A stretch of 64,000 bases of DNA from a virus, in the IMG/VR virus record IMGVR_UViG_3300036985_005327, positions 24,650 through 88,649 of that record; one strand, written 5' to 3'. Under the pieces are notes generated by a model. That model ran no database searches. It saw nothing but the letters and a program-made list of their open reading frames with translations, and had not been told where the DNA came from. Below, in pieces: positions 48,016 through 56,592 of this stretch. The stretch's first letter is position 1; every line of letters starts with the position of its first letter. A program made the position numbers and the translations under genes.

Positions 48016-48340
48016 GGTTATCGGGTCCGCACCTCATTGGGAAACAACACAGTTACTGCGTCGCCCTCTGGTCGTTCGGGGTTCCGTGCAAACTTTTTGG
48101 AACAGAGTTGAACTACTTTTGACGGAAGAGCTGCGAGGAGGGTGTACGTCGGCTCTGTGACGTACACTACATCGAAGCTCTAACCTTAACTAAACTACCC
48201 ATTAGCCTTGTGACAGAGTTACTCTGTCCATTGGTGGAAAGCAGCTAGTTCAACTCATTAGGGAAAACAGAGCACCACTTTGAGGGGATTTCGGTTCAGA
48301 CGTAAGCGAACCTAAATCTCTCGTCCACACCAGTTAACCG
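48016..48340 (+). ncRNA. candidate large structured non-coding RNA
   Basis: ORF-free gap with nested helices, including perfect 11-bp 48105-48115/48246-48256; G-U pairs favour the + strand. Confidence 0.45.
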
Positions 48341-48348
48341 TGACGAAG

Positions 48349-48552
48349 TTACTTCGTCTTCTCACTACGAGCGAGTACCTGATGCTCTGTTTTGTATTCT
48401 TTGTACGCGTGGTCAAGCCAAACGAGGTCCGCGTCGGATATCACTTTCTGTTCATGTTTATGCCGTAAAGTACGGAGCATAGTCTTTTGGAAATCATCCT
48501 TTGCGCCTGTCTCGAGGGCACCAAGGATGCGGAGAACACGGGGCTTTGTCAT
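48349..48552 (-). CDS. hypothetical protein
   Basis: MTKPRVLRILG..., 67 aa from ATG 48552. Confidence 0.55.
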   Translation of the reverse strand: MTKPRVLRILGALETGAKDDFQKTMLRTLRHKHEQKVISDADLVWLDHAYKEYKTEHQVLARSEKTK

Positions 48553-48568
48553 GTAGTTGTACCAACTA

Positions 48569-48691
48569 TTACTTGGGTTTTTTGTGCGGCGAGGGCTTGT
48601 TGACCTTCTTGTACTTCTCGAGGTCACGCTCTTTGGGCTTAACCGGAGGAAGGCTTGTTCCCGGCTGCGGGTATACAGCAGGGTGTCCCAT
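48569..48691 (-). CDS. small Lys/Pro-rich peptide (40 aa) missed by ORF track
   Basis: TGATG-coupled; MGHPAVYPQPGTSLPPVKPKERDLEKYKKVNKPSPHKKPK. Confidence 0.45.
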   Translation of the reverse strand: MGHPAVYPQPGTSLPPVKPKERDLEKYKKVNKPSPHKKPK

Positions 48692-49242
48692 CAGTAGAAA
48701 CCCCCACCCATGGCTTCGGATGGCACTGACCCTGGACCCGCATGGAAGCCAGCGTGGTCGAGGTTGTGTTGGCCACCCTGCTCCAGGATGATGGCTCTCT
48801 CAGCCGGGGTGAGGTTCTCCAGTGCCTGTTGCAGCTTCAGCTTTTGCCGCTCATCTTGCCTTGCCGTGTTTGCTGCGATGGAGCCAACCACCAGAGCAGA
48901 CAGCGCGCCAATCAACCACGGAGAAACCTTTGCGGCTCCTTGCATGGCGGGCTCCACAAAAGCTTTACCGGCCGCGAAGCCACCGACGCCTGCACCCAGA
49001 CCTAAGAGAGCGGCGCGAGCGTCAAGAGCAGCAATTTTTGGTTTTGGCATCTCCGCTTTTATAGCAGCTCCCGGCTGTAGCGACTTCGGAGTTGAGATAG
49101 CAGGCAGTGAAGGCTGCGCAGGTCCCTTAGCAACACTGGCCATGTTGGGAGCGTTAACCCCCATGGGAGATTTGGGAGCAGCTGCGGCTACAGGAACACC
49201 CGCGAGCTTCACAAGGATATCAAAAGAAGTAACCATGTTCAC
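48691..49242 (-). CDS. putative virion-internal glycine-zipper protein
   Basis: FDILVKLAG leader, PKIAA, LLGLGAGVGGFAAG, LIGALSALVVG. Confidence 0.6.
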   Translation of the reverse strand: MNMVTSFDILVKLAGVPVAAAAPKSPMGVNAPNMASVAKGPAQPSLPAISTPKSLQPGAAIKAEMPKPKIAALDARAALLGLGAGVGGFAAGKAFVEPAMQGAAKVSPWLIGALSALVVGSIAANTARQDERQKLKLQQALENLTPAERAIILEQGGQHNLDHAGFHAGPGSVPSEAMGGGFY

Positions 49243-49928
49243 CCCTGACTCGAGGTCACGACGTGTGGGATGGGCTCTTTAGCCGCTGAGGATTCGTGCA
49301 TTGCGTTTGGATGATGCTGGAGCAACGACGGGTCTTGCGCCCGCTGCTTCAAGTAGTCATGGGCCTTCATAACGTTGACGTCGCTGAGGAGCTGGTCGTT
49401 GTGCAGGCTGCGAGCTGCTTCGTACGTCTCGTGTTGCCGCTGGGGTTTGTGCTCCGACCAACGGTTTGCGCCGTAATAGGCTCCACCAAGAGCACCGGCT
49501 GCAGCGAGAGCCTTCATCGAAGTCGGAAGCTTCGCGAGCTGCTTCACTACCCCCGAGGCGTTCTCTTTTAAACCAGCCTCAGCTCCTGCGGGCATGAGTC
49601 CGGATGTAGCGATGTCTTTCAGCGGTTGGACCGCTGCTTCGCCACCCACCAAGCGACCAAGCATCCCACCGCCAACGAGACCAGCGCCTGCACCAGTAAG
49701 GACGTTTCGCCCAAGGTCTTGTTCTCCCTCAGACTTCATCATGACATCGACAGGGACTCCTGCGTGCATACCGGCAGAAATACGCTCCATGCGCTCACGT
49801 GGAGCCCACGTATCCATACCCTGCAAGCGCTCTCGGGGGTCCATCTGGCCGGGCAACGAGAAAGGAGTTCCTGGGACCCTAGTCCAAACGGGCAGAAAAG
49901 CGTTCTTCAATAGACCTTCACGTGGCAT
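49239..49928 (-). CDS. putative virion-internal glycine-zipper protein
   Basis: LLKNAF leader; GAGAGLVGGGMLG and AAAGALGGAYYGA zippers. Confidence 0.6.
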   Translation of the reverse strand: MPREGLLKNAFLPVWTRVPGTPFSLPGQMDPRERLQGMDTWAPRERMERISAGMHAGVPVDVMMKSEGEQDLGRNVLTGAGAGLVGGGMLGRLVGGEAAVQPLKDIATSGLMPAGAEAGLKENASGVVKQLAKLPTSMKALAAAGALGGAYYGANRWSEHKPQRQHETYEAARSLHNDQLLSDVNVMKAHDYLKQRAQDPSLLQHHPNAMHESSAAKEPIPHVVTSSQG

Positions 49929-50019
49929 TGGTTCACCTCAGGTAGACAGTAAAAATATAGGCTTTCCTGTGGTATGAGTCCATGACGCAATCTACAACGT
50001 TTTATGAAGGGAGAACCCG

Positions 50020-50307
50020 TTGAAACAACTCATACTAATCGTCAGCCAAGCCCTCTGGTCAGAACTGAAAAAACCATTTTTTCTTGGAACTGCTAGTTAC
50101 CACCAACGCAACGACACTGTAGCTCTTTGTTGGGAAGGATACCGCGTCCCGGATGATTTTCATACGTGGTGGGAATCTTTGGGGCTCGAGTGCTCTGAGT
50201 TTTTGATCATCTCCCACGACGGAACAGAAGAAGGAAAAGAGACGTACGGGTGCTACCACGATCATCCGTTCAAGCTCAGCCAATCCCTTAAGGTGTGGAT
50301 TGACTAA
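50020..50307 (+). CDS. hypothetical protein
   Basis: TTG start with AAGGGAG RBS. Confidence 0.55.
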   Translation: MKQLILIVSQALWSELKKPFFLGTASYHQRNDTVALCWEGYRVPDDFHTWWESLGLECSEFLIISHDGTEEGKETYGCYHDHPFKLSQSLKVWID

Positions 50308-50315
50308 GGAGAGGA

Positions 50316-50567
50316 ATGAAACCAGGAACAAGGCCAGGCATATTCACAATAATGCACAACGTAGTCATATGGCGCTGCCCATGCTGTATGACAGACCAGT
50401 GGGCACAATGGGAAAGAAGAAGTCGTTCGGAACAAAGGGTCGCTCTCATCGAGCGCATATTAAACTACCCGCTTTGTGTAGGGTGTGAAAACCTTCAACG
50501 GTATGGAGAGGAGCTAGCTAACCAATGCCAGAAATCGAAATCGACAGCAACTCAGTATCCGTCTTAG
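50316..50567 (+). CDS. hypothetical Zn-binding protein
   Basis: AAGGAGAGG RBS; CPCC...CVGC. Confidence 0.5.
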   Translation: MKPGTRPGIFTIMHNVVIWRCPCCMTDQWAQWERRSRSEQRVALIERILNYPLCVGCENLQRYGEELANQCQKSKSTATQYPS

Positions 50568-51358
50568 CTGCTATTCGCGACGGTTCTATCGACGGTATAA
50601 AATTCTGCTTCAACTCTGGTATGTTCCCCAACGCAACGGACCCCGACAGCGAGACCAAGAATAGTTTACACTGTATGTGCGGACTCGCTGCCTCGGGCAA
50701 CAACCCTGATATGCTTGCTTTTCTGTTGCGGGAGTGTGTCCTTAAGCACGAGAAGGTAGAGGACATCGTCTTCAAGAGTGCTGAGGCTATCGTAAAAGCC
50801 AACAACCCCCTGATGAACCAGGTGCTACTGGATTGCACGGTCGAGTTCTTTGGTACGACCAAGCTCCCGCTTGATACGTTCTCAGCCCGGTGCATGCGCG
50901 AGTATTCGCAGGATGCAGCTCTTGCAAAAAACTGGGACATGCTTCGAATTTTGTGGGAAGCCCGAGACAAATTCCCAATCCCCATGCAGTACGACGATGT
51001 TGAAAAGAGGAACATCGGCAAAGACAAAGAGCTGCTCCCCGCATTGGTTACTGGCGCTATCTTCTACGACAACCTGGCGATGATCGAATACGCAATGAAC
51101 CTCCCAGATAAGTGGGAAGAGTATACGCGTCAGTGTCTCGGGACCTGGTTTCGAATGGCCATGGAAGGTCACGCGTACTCTGTCGCGCGCTATTTATTCC
51201 CCCTCATCCGGAAAAACATTATCTCGGACGCTGAGTACGCCGCGACAATTCTCAAGGATAGTCTACGCACAGGATGTTATGAGCTGCACCTGGACATTAA
51301 CCAGATCCTCATAGCCCTGCAGGGTAAGCCAAACAGCGAAGAAGAAAATACGCCGTAA
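50525..51358 (+). CDS. degenerate ankyrin-repeat-like protein
   Basis: AAIRDGSIDGIKFCF, LAASGNNPDMLAFLL, GAIFYDNLAMIEYAM, MAMEGHAYSVARYLF helix-turn-helix repeats. Confidence 0.5.
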   Translation: MPEIEIDSNSVSVLAAIRDGSIDGIKFCFNSGMFPNATDPDSETKNSLHCMCGLAASGNNPDMLAFLLRECVLKHEKVEDIVFKSAEAIVKANNPLMNQVLLDCTVEFFGTTKLPLDTFSARCMREYSQDAALAKNWDMLRILWEARDKFPIPMQYDDVEKRNIGKDKELLPALVTGAIFYDNLAMIEYAMNLPDKWEEYTRQCLGTWFRMAMEGHAYSVARYLFPLIRKNIISDAEYAATILKDSLRTGCYELHLDINQILIALQGKPNSEEENTP

Positions 51359-51386
51359 AGTTCTTCGTCCTGTTTACCCCACCCTT

Positions 51387-51437
51387 GGAGGGGAGAGTGG
51401 AACGCTGTCTGCGTTTTACTCTCCTCTCCGTCTTTCT
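51387..51437 (+). terminator. intrinsic terminator
   Basis: 19-bp stem ggaggggagagtggaacgc/gcgttttactctcctctcc then gtctttct. Confidence 0.7.
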
Positions 51438-51472
51438 AGCAAAACAAAGTAAAACAACGGAAAGTTAGTACC

Positions 51473-51811
51473 GTGAGAGAAAAACAACTGCCTCCAACGA
51501 TCTACTATGGCGTAGAGCGCTGTGCCGATTACGACATGCCCCAGACGAGAATTCGCCTATTCCGAAACATAAGGAATGCACAGAAGTGGTTTGAAGGCGA
51601 TTCTCGTATCGACTACTTCAAAGACAACTCACAGTGTTATCCCTTTTACAAAATAGTGTACCAAATGCCCTGGCATTTCAGGTTCACTTATAGATGGAAG
51701 CTCGATGCGTGGATCGAGGACAACCGGCCCTCGCGCAAAGATTGGTGGAGCGCGGATGACGTTCGTGGGGAGATCATCAAAGACTGTGGAAAAGCCATTC
51801 GGTTGTGCTAG
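51473..51811 (+). CDS. hypothetical protein
   Basis: 112-aa ORF, GTG start. Confidence 0.55.
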   Translation: MREKQLPPTIYYGVERCADYDMPQTRIRLFRNIRNAQKWFEGDSRIDYFKDNSQCYPFYKIVYQMPWHFRFTYRWKLDAWIEDNRPSRKDWWSADDVRGEIIKDCGKAIRLC

Positions 51812-51820
51812 CATCGACCC

Positions 51821-52141
51821 ATGCGAAAGTCGTTACTACATACCAACCACACCCTGCTACTGAGCCTCGAGATCGCTGTCAATATCGCGCTACAACACTG
51901 CTGTGACGAAGAACGCAACGACATGCACGACGCTCTCTTCTGGATCAGAAATTTGAGACAGGAGCTGGACGAACCTCTTCTGAAAGTGTGCAAGCTTTCC
52001 CAGATTTTGAAGTGTTCCAATGAGTACTTTGAAATCTGCGATGAGAAAGAAGAACTACGTAAGGAGCTGTTAGAAGCAAAAAACAAAGTGAATATTCTGT
52101 TGGTTGCAATGACGGCCAGTAAGTTACAAGCTCTGGCCTAG
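51821..52141 (+). CDS. hypothetical coiled-coil protein
   Basis: 106-aa ORF. Confidence 0.5.
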   Translation: MRKSLLHTNHTLLLSLEIAVNIALQHCCDEERNDMHDALFWIRNLRQELDEPLLKVCKLSQILKCSNEYFEICDEKEELRKELLEAKNKVNILLVAMTASKLQALA

Positions 52142-52374
52142 ACTAAAGAGGTCTTCCGCTGCGATTTGCGGGGGCCTCTTTTTTGCTTTTGCCCTCCTAC
52201 GTACCACGCGTGAAGAGTCTTTCCGTAAAACCTAAAGCCACACTCGAAGCACACAATAAGGTCTGTGTTTAACAGCGTATTATCTGTGTGAGTTATTACT
52301 ACGTACACATCCGGGTTATAGCATTCGATGCAGCGCCAGAACTCATAAGGAATGTGGACTTCATTCGGGGGCAT
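52138..52374 (-). CDS. small zinc-ribbon protein
   Basis: From ATG 52374: CIEC...CFECG, basic tail. Confidence 0.55.
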   Translation of the reverse strand: MPPNEVHIPYEFWRCIECYNPDVYVVITHTDNTLLNTDLIVCFECGFRFYGKTLHAWYVGGQKQKRGPRKSQRKTSLV

Positions 52375-52642
52375 AGACCTTAGCGGGTCTGGGAGACGAG
52401 CAACCAGCAGGACCCGACATAACTTTCGTGGGCGGCCGGTTAGCCTCGACGCATCCACCCGCAGTTCTCGCGCGAGAACCGGGGTATACGGGAACAATTT
52501 CCTTGAGGGTTGTTGTTGCCCGCACGAATACACGCGAGGACGTAGCGCCACAGTCAGGACACGGGTGCTCTTTTGTTCCCATATCAACCATTTCTTCAAA
52601 AATACTTCCACACTGAGGGCATTCGAAATCATAAATGACCAT
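52361..52642 (-). CDS. FmdB-family zinc-ribbon regulatory protein
   Basis: MVIYDFECPQCGSIFE...CPDCG...RVF; GGAGG RBS. Confidence 0.8.
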   Translation of the reverse strand: MVIYDFECPQCGSIFEEMVDMGTKEHPCPDCGATSSRVFVRATTTLKEIVPVYPGSRARTAGGCVEANRPPTKVMSGPAGCSSPRPAKVYAPE

Positions 52643-52784
52643 TTAGTTCCTCCGTTGGTAAACTATAAACGCTCGAACATCTTGGTACAAGTACTCGTAA
52701 GAATTAGTGAGAATGTTTCCCAGGAAAGGAGGGTACCATGGAGACAATTCCCTTTGTTAGCTTTGGCTAATAAAAAGAGTTGTA

Positions 52785-52810
52785 GGCTCCTGCCCTTCGG
52801 GGCGGGAGCC
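52785..52810. terminator. GC-rich hairpin with cUUCGg loop
   Basis: ggctcctgccc-ttcg-gggcgggagcc, just downstream of the 52821-54665 stop. Confidence 0.6.
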
Positions 52811-52820
52811 GGTGATTTTG

Positions 52821-54665
52821 CTATAGGGGAAACAGATTAGGTCCAAAGGCTACGATAGGAGCTGTTGGGCGGTCACATAGAACTAATCCGCTCAGGGTAT
52901 CCGACTTGGGAGCTAGCGTCGGGTCTTCGTCTACACCTGTGATGGCTTCTTCAATTAACGTTCCTTGGTCTCTTAAGCTATCCATAAGTTCTTTTTTCTG
53001 TGCGGAGAGACTGTCTTCCCCGCTACCAAAAAGAAGCTCGAGCAGTGGCTTGGCTGCTTCTACGTTGGCCTTTGCTCCACCAGCCAATAACACGACACCT
53101 GTGACAAACTCGTTGCCGTTAAAGAAGGGTGGTGCATTTGGATAACCTCTGGACATGGACTTGTACAGCTCTTGCATAAAGTAAGAGTTTCCACCCTGGC
53201 CTGAGAATGTCCTAGCGTACAACCCCCCTATCGAGGTGATGTTCAGAAGTTTTAGCAGAGCCATTACCTCGTCTAGAATACGCGTGACAATCCGTTCGTA
53301 CCTTTGGATTTCACTCCGCATAAACTCGATGTATTTGCGGAAGTGCTCCAACGCTGTCGGTATGTAACTCGCGAAGTACTCTATGAGAGCAACTATCTGT
53401 TTGATGAGCCACGCTAACGGAGGAAGAACGTCAGCTATAGAAGGAGTGCGTACCCAGTCGGGAGGCGTTCCTGACGAAGCAGTCTGTATCGGCGTTACGC
53501 GTGCTGCGTTCGAAAGGTACCAGTAACCGAGGTCGTTTCCTTTTGCTTTTGCAAAATCCTCAGTTTGGTTAAACCCACGCAGGAACCACGCAATATAAAA
53601 ATGCCAGACGTCATCACGCGTTGTCTTGAGTTCGGGAGCCACGAACATGGTCTCCCCGGCAATGAACCTTCGCTCCTCTATAACAGTAGCCCCACCGACA
53701 GTCATCCCCTTGGTGATGTCGCGCGTACCAAACATCTGCATCACATTGCTGCTAGGAATCTTTCCCAAGTCATTCTTGAGAGCAATCACAGCCATTCGTG
53801 ACGGAAGCACAATTACGCCCCCTAAGTCTGGGAGCGTATGGATGGGTAGCTTCATGCTGTCCCAAGTTAGCAGAGCCTGGAATGACCCTTCTACACCATG
53901 AGGTCTACTGCCTGGTCCGAGAATGACTTCCGCTTTCAAGTTAGTGGGCTTTGGGAAATCAGGCATGCCGTCAGACTGTGCAAACAAATCCCCAAAGAGC
54001 CCTTTGAACCGCCATAGCGCGTCTAAGAAACCAAAGGGGTCAAAGTCAGAACCCATCACCATGACGCCACCAGCGATGTAGTCGTCGCTACTCATAAACT
54101 GGGGTCGGCAGTGGTCCCTAGAATCATTGAGAGACCCGGCTACGGTACGCAAGAAACCAGCGTTTCCTCCGCGCCCTTCGTTGACCTGAACACGCATAGC
54201 GCGTTCGTCCTCAGTCATGTTTGGGTCGTCAAGAGCACCGCTAGGGTTAAAGAACGAAACGCTCGTGTCGCTGCCCCCGTTTCCGACTACGGGCTTCTTG
54301 AAGTTCCAGCTGAAGTTACCTGTGAGGTCCTTTGACGTACCTCCCGCTGAGTACATCATCCTCTTAGCGAAGGGAACGTACATCGCGTAGAGGCCCGCAT
54401 CTTCCAAGTACTTCTCGAGGAGCTGGCGTATCTGGTCCAAGATAGCGCGAATGAGTGCCGCTAGGGGGTCGGCTAAAGCAGACAAGAAGTTCAGTATCAT
54501 ATCTACTAAGCCTGTAATAAGCTCGATAACCGCCTTTAGCTTCTCCACAAAAGATTGAATCTTTTTGAGGATGGGCTCCAAGTTTGGCATTGGTATTTCG
54601 AGCTTACGCCACGGGGGTGGCTGGGCACCTTGTGCATCATTCGTTATGTCTGTTAGGCTGGGCAT
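52821..54665 (-). CDS. large hypothetical protein, probably virion/baseplate-associated
   Basis: 614 aa; amphipathic helical blocks flanking an FN3-like PTNLKA..LTW domain; duplicated GGN.GF/YF..L..S..D..P.F...(I/T)GVV motif. Confidence 0.55.
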   Translation of the reverse strand: MPSLTDITNDAQGAQPPPWRKLEIPMPNLEPILKKIQSFVEKLKAVIELITGLVDMILNFLSALADPLAALIRAILDQIRQLLEKYLEDAGLYAMYVPFAKRMMYSAGGTSKDLTGNFSWNFKKPVVGNGGSDTSVSFFNPSGALDDPNMTEDERAMRVQVNEGRGGNAGFLRTVAGSLNDSRDHCRPQFMSSDDYIAGGVMVMGSDFDPFGFLDALWRFKGLFGDLFAQSDGMPDFPKPTNLKAEVILGPGSRPHGVEGSFQALLTWDSMKLPIHTLPDLGGVIVLPSRMAVIALKNDLGKIPSSNVMQMFGTRDITKGMTVGGATVIEERRFIAGETMFVAPELKTTRDDVWHFYIAWFLRGFNQTEDFAKAKGNDLGYWYLSNAARVTPIQTASSGTPPDWVRTPSIADVLPPLAWLIKQIVALIEYFASYIPTALEHFRKYIEFMRSEIQRYERIVTRILDEVMALLKLLNITSIGGLYARTFSGQGGNSYFMQELYKSMSRGYPNAPPFFNGNEFVTGVVLLAGGAKANVEAAKPLLELLFGSGEDSLSAQKKELMDSLRDQGTLIEEAITGVDEDPTLAPKSDTLSGLVLCDRPTAPIVAFGPNLFPL

Positions 54666-54666
54666 G

Positions 54667-55350
54667 CTATATCCGTCCCATAAGCCGCTTTGATGGGAGC
54701 GGCTCTATGCCAAATCCGTTTGAGTACAGCCGCCCTTTTAGTTTGGCGAGTTGCGCTACAAATTCTAATTCAAAGAGTACGTACTTTTTGAGTTGTAAAT
54801 TGGACAGCGTACCGAGCGCGCTCTTTCGAGCGGAGACCACGTCGGTTAAATGACTCCAAACGTTTGATATGTGCGTTGAGTTTATCTCTGCTTCAGACAT
54901 CAGCGAATCAAAGTTGAGATCACCCAGAGCAGTGCGGGCATACGCACAGCGCCAGAAATCTTCAGTAGGCGTAGGAAACCACTTTGAGTAGCTGTTCTTT
55001 ATCTGGCGTGCATCTTGGTTGAGCGTTTTGCTAAACACGTATGCAGACATCTCAGGGTCTACGAGGGCTGCGGGGGCTACGCCACAGTCCGTTGCTGCCG
55101 TTGAGTTATTGCGAAACATTCCGTACGTACCTGCTATCAAGGGGTTCTCAGTAGCTGAAGGCATTGGAGGAGCAGGCAACATATCTGGGTTAACACGAAC
55201 AAGATGTGCAAAAAAGAAAGCATTCGGGATGTCCATACAGTACTGCGCCGCAAGGGTTGCTAGGTTTTTTTGGGCTGCACTAAAGCGCGCCCCATTGATT
55301 TTCGCTAGCGCGATGGCTGCTGTGAGCCCTGTCTCTTTGGTGTATGCCAT
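54667..55350 (-). CDS. hypothetical protein, possible degenerate lysozyme/SLT fold
   Basis: YGMFR and LVDPEMSAYV..L resemble SLT GLxQ and DP..N motifs; the catalytic ES is not seen. Confidence 0.4.
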   Translation of the reverse strand: MAYTKETGLTAAIALAKINGARFSAAQKNLATLAAQYCMDIPNAFFFAHLVRVNPDMLPAPPMPSATENPLIAGTYGMFRNNSTAATDCGVAPAALVDPEMSAYVFSKTLNQDARQIKNSYSKWFPTPTEDFWRCAYARTALGDLNFDSLMSEAEINSTHISNVWSHLTDVVSARKSALGTLSNLQLKKYVLFELEFVAQLAKLKGRLYSNGFGIEPLPSKRLMGRI

Positions 55351-55352
55351 AC

Positions 55353-55610
55353 TTAAAAGTCCTTGGTTAATTCTACGTGCTCAACCAGCGGGGGCGTTTT
55401 CACCCCGAGGGAGTGTGCTGCCTCTTTCGCGGCCTTTACACTGTAAAGTGCATACTCTTTTGCTATGTTTGCTGTGGGGATTCCTTCAGCGCGTAACTGC
55501 GCGTCTAAGCGCTGAAGCTGCTTGTGCACCATGAGCCTGCCTAGCTGTGTGGCAAGCAACGTGAGCTGACACAAGTTGTCTAGATTGGCTGGTTGATTAG
55601 AATTCCACAT
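55353..55610 (-). CDS. hypothetical protein
   Basis: 85-aa ORF tightly packed with downstream genes. Confidence 0.55.
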   Translation of the reverse strand: MWNSNQPANLDNLCQLTLLATQLGRLMVHKQLQRLDAQLRAEGIPTANIAKEYALYSVKAAKEAAHSLGVKTPPLVEHVELTKDF

Positions 55611-55653
55611 CCCCAGAATATACAGCAGTAAATCAGAAAAGTCAGTGTTTGTG

Positions 55654-55661
55654 GGTATAAG
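55654..55661 (+). promoter_or_regulatory. candidate phage promoter element GGTATAAG
   Basis: Same octamer in intergenic DNA at 58001 (+), 57934 (-) and 8060 (-). Confidence 0.5.
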
Positions 55662-55810
55662 AACGTGGGAAGAAAGTAAACTGGTTCTCTCAATACTTTC
55701 TTTTTAGCCACACCATCTGTGGAGAGAACAGCCAGGCGATATTCGTACTCCTGGAGTTGCGCCGGGTCCTTAAGGGTCGAAAGATCCCTAAGGTGGTGTT
55801 GCGAGAGATT

Positions 55811-55837
55811 GCGGGGCTCGACCCGCTTTCTTTTTTT
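55811..55837 (+). terminator. intrinsic terminator
   Basis: gcggg-gctcga-cccgc followed by TTTCTTTTTTT. Confidence 0.75.
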
Positions 55838-55845
55838 ATTAAGTC

Positions 55846-55874
55846 TTGACGTTAACGGTGGTGGCCGTTAATGT
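55846..55874 (+). promoter_or_regulatory. sigma70-like promoter for the RNA cluster, embedded in an inverted repeat
   Basis: TTGACG-N17-TAATGT; 55846-55859 pairs with 55864-55877. Confidence 0.55.
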
Positions 55875-55895
55875 TAATGGGTTCGAGAGAACGGT

Positions 55896-55964
55896 CCTGG
55901 CTTGGCCGATTGGGAGGCAAAATCCTGCAGGTTACAAATGTCGGTTCGAATCCGGCAGCCAGGA
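55896..55964 (+). tRNA. aberrant tRNA-like element (pseudo-tRNA, GCA in shortened anticodon arm)
   Basis: Acceptor CCTGGCT/AGCCAGG, D arm GCC..GGC, T arm GTCGG-TTCGAAT-CCGGC; anticodon arm is non-canonical. Confidence 0.5.
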
Positions 55965-56217
55965 TCAAGAAGGAAGGTATCCAATACGCATACCCACATG
56001 AGTGGGCCGGTGACTGACTAGTGCAGAGCCTATGCGTGGATAGACTTCTAACCCACAACCGAGTGCTTCACATCGGCGGGTTGGAGACAGTGTTACATGC
56101 AGCACTGTTCTCGGCATTTTGATAAGCATGTGCGTCCCTTTTAGGACATGGCTATTTGTAAGTCCGAATCAGCGAGGGGTTGGCCACCCGTGAAGTCTCG
56201 TTGAGGTTTTTTAATTC

Positions 56218-56565
56218 GGGGATGACAGGCTTAGACGGTACAACTGAAGCTATGCTCGCACGCCCCAGATGACGCTTACTGGGTAAAGAAGCGTCAACGT
56301 ACAAATGCCGAACCGCAAGAGTACCTGAAAGCGGCGTGAGCCGTTCTCCGTCACCCAGTCTCTTCCCCCTGTAGGGGCTGACGTGGCGTAATTAACCAGG
56401 GCGCTCTGACCAAAGGACCTCAGTATGGTCAGCTAAGCTACGAGGTTACGACGACCGCCTGCAGCTCGTGCTGGGCACTCGGTCGCAGAATCGACAGCAT
56501 CAAGCGTGTGGACGAGGGTGTAGAAGACGATGTATCGGACCCGGTTTCGATTACCGGCATCTCCA
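56218..56565 (+). ncRNA. ssrA: tmRNA; tag (A)AEPQEYLKAA
   Basis: GGGGATG/CATCTCC-A acceptor with G3-U; T loop TTCGATT; 348 nt; resume codon GCC 56307 to TGA 56339 ending in AA. Confidence 0.93.
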
Positions 56566-56592
56566 CTAAATTAATGTACAATAGGATATTAC

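Noticed and set aside
48016-48340. Group I intron or RNase P identity for the structured segment
   Set aside because: No convincing P7 (GACUA/UAGUC) pairing, no interrupted gene, no GAGGAAAGUCC signature.
56328-56336. tmRNA tag ending KAA as part of the K-x-A code
   Set aside because: C-terminal AA is the standard ClpXP degron; the match is probably coincidental.
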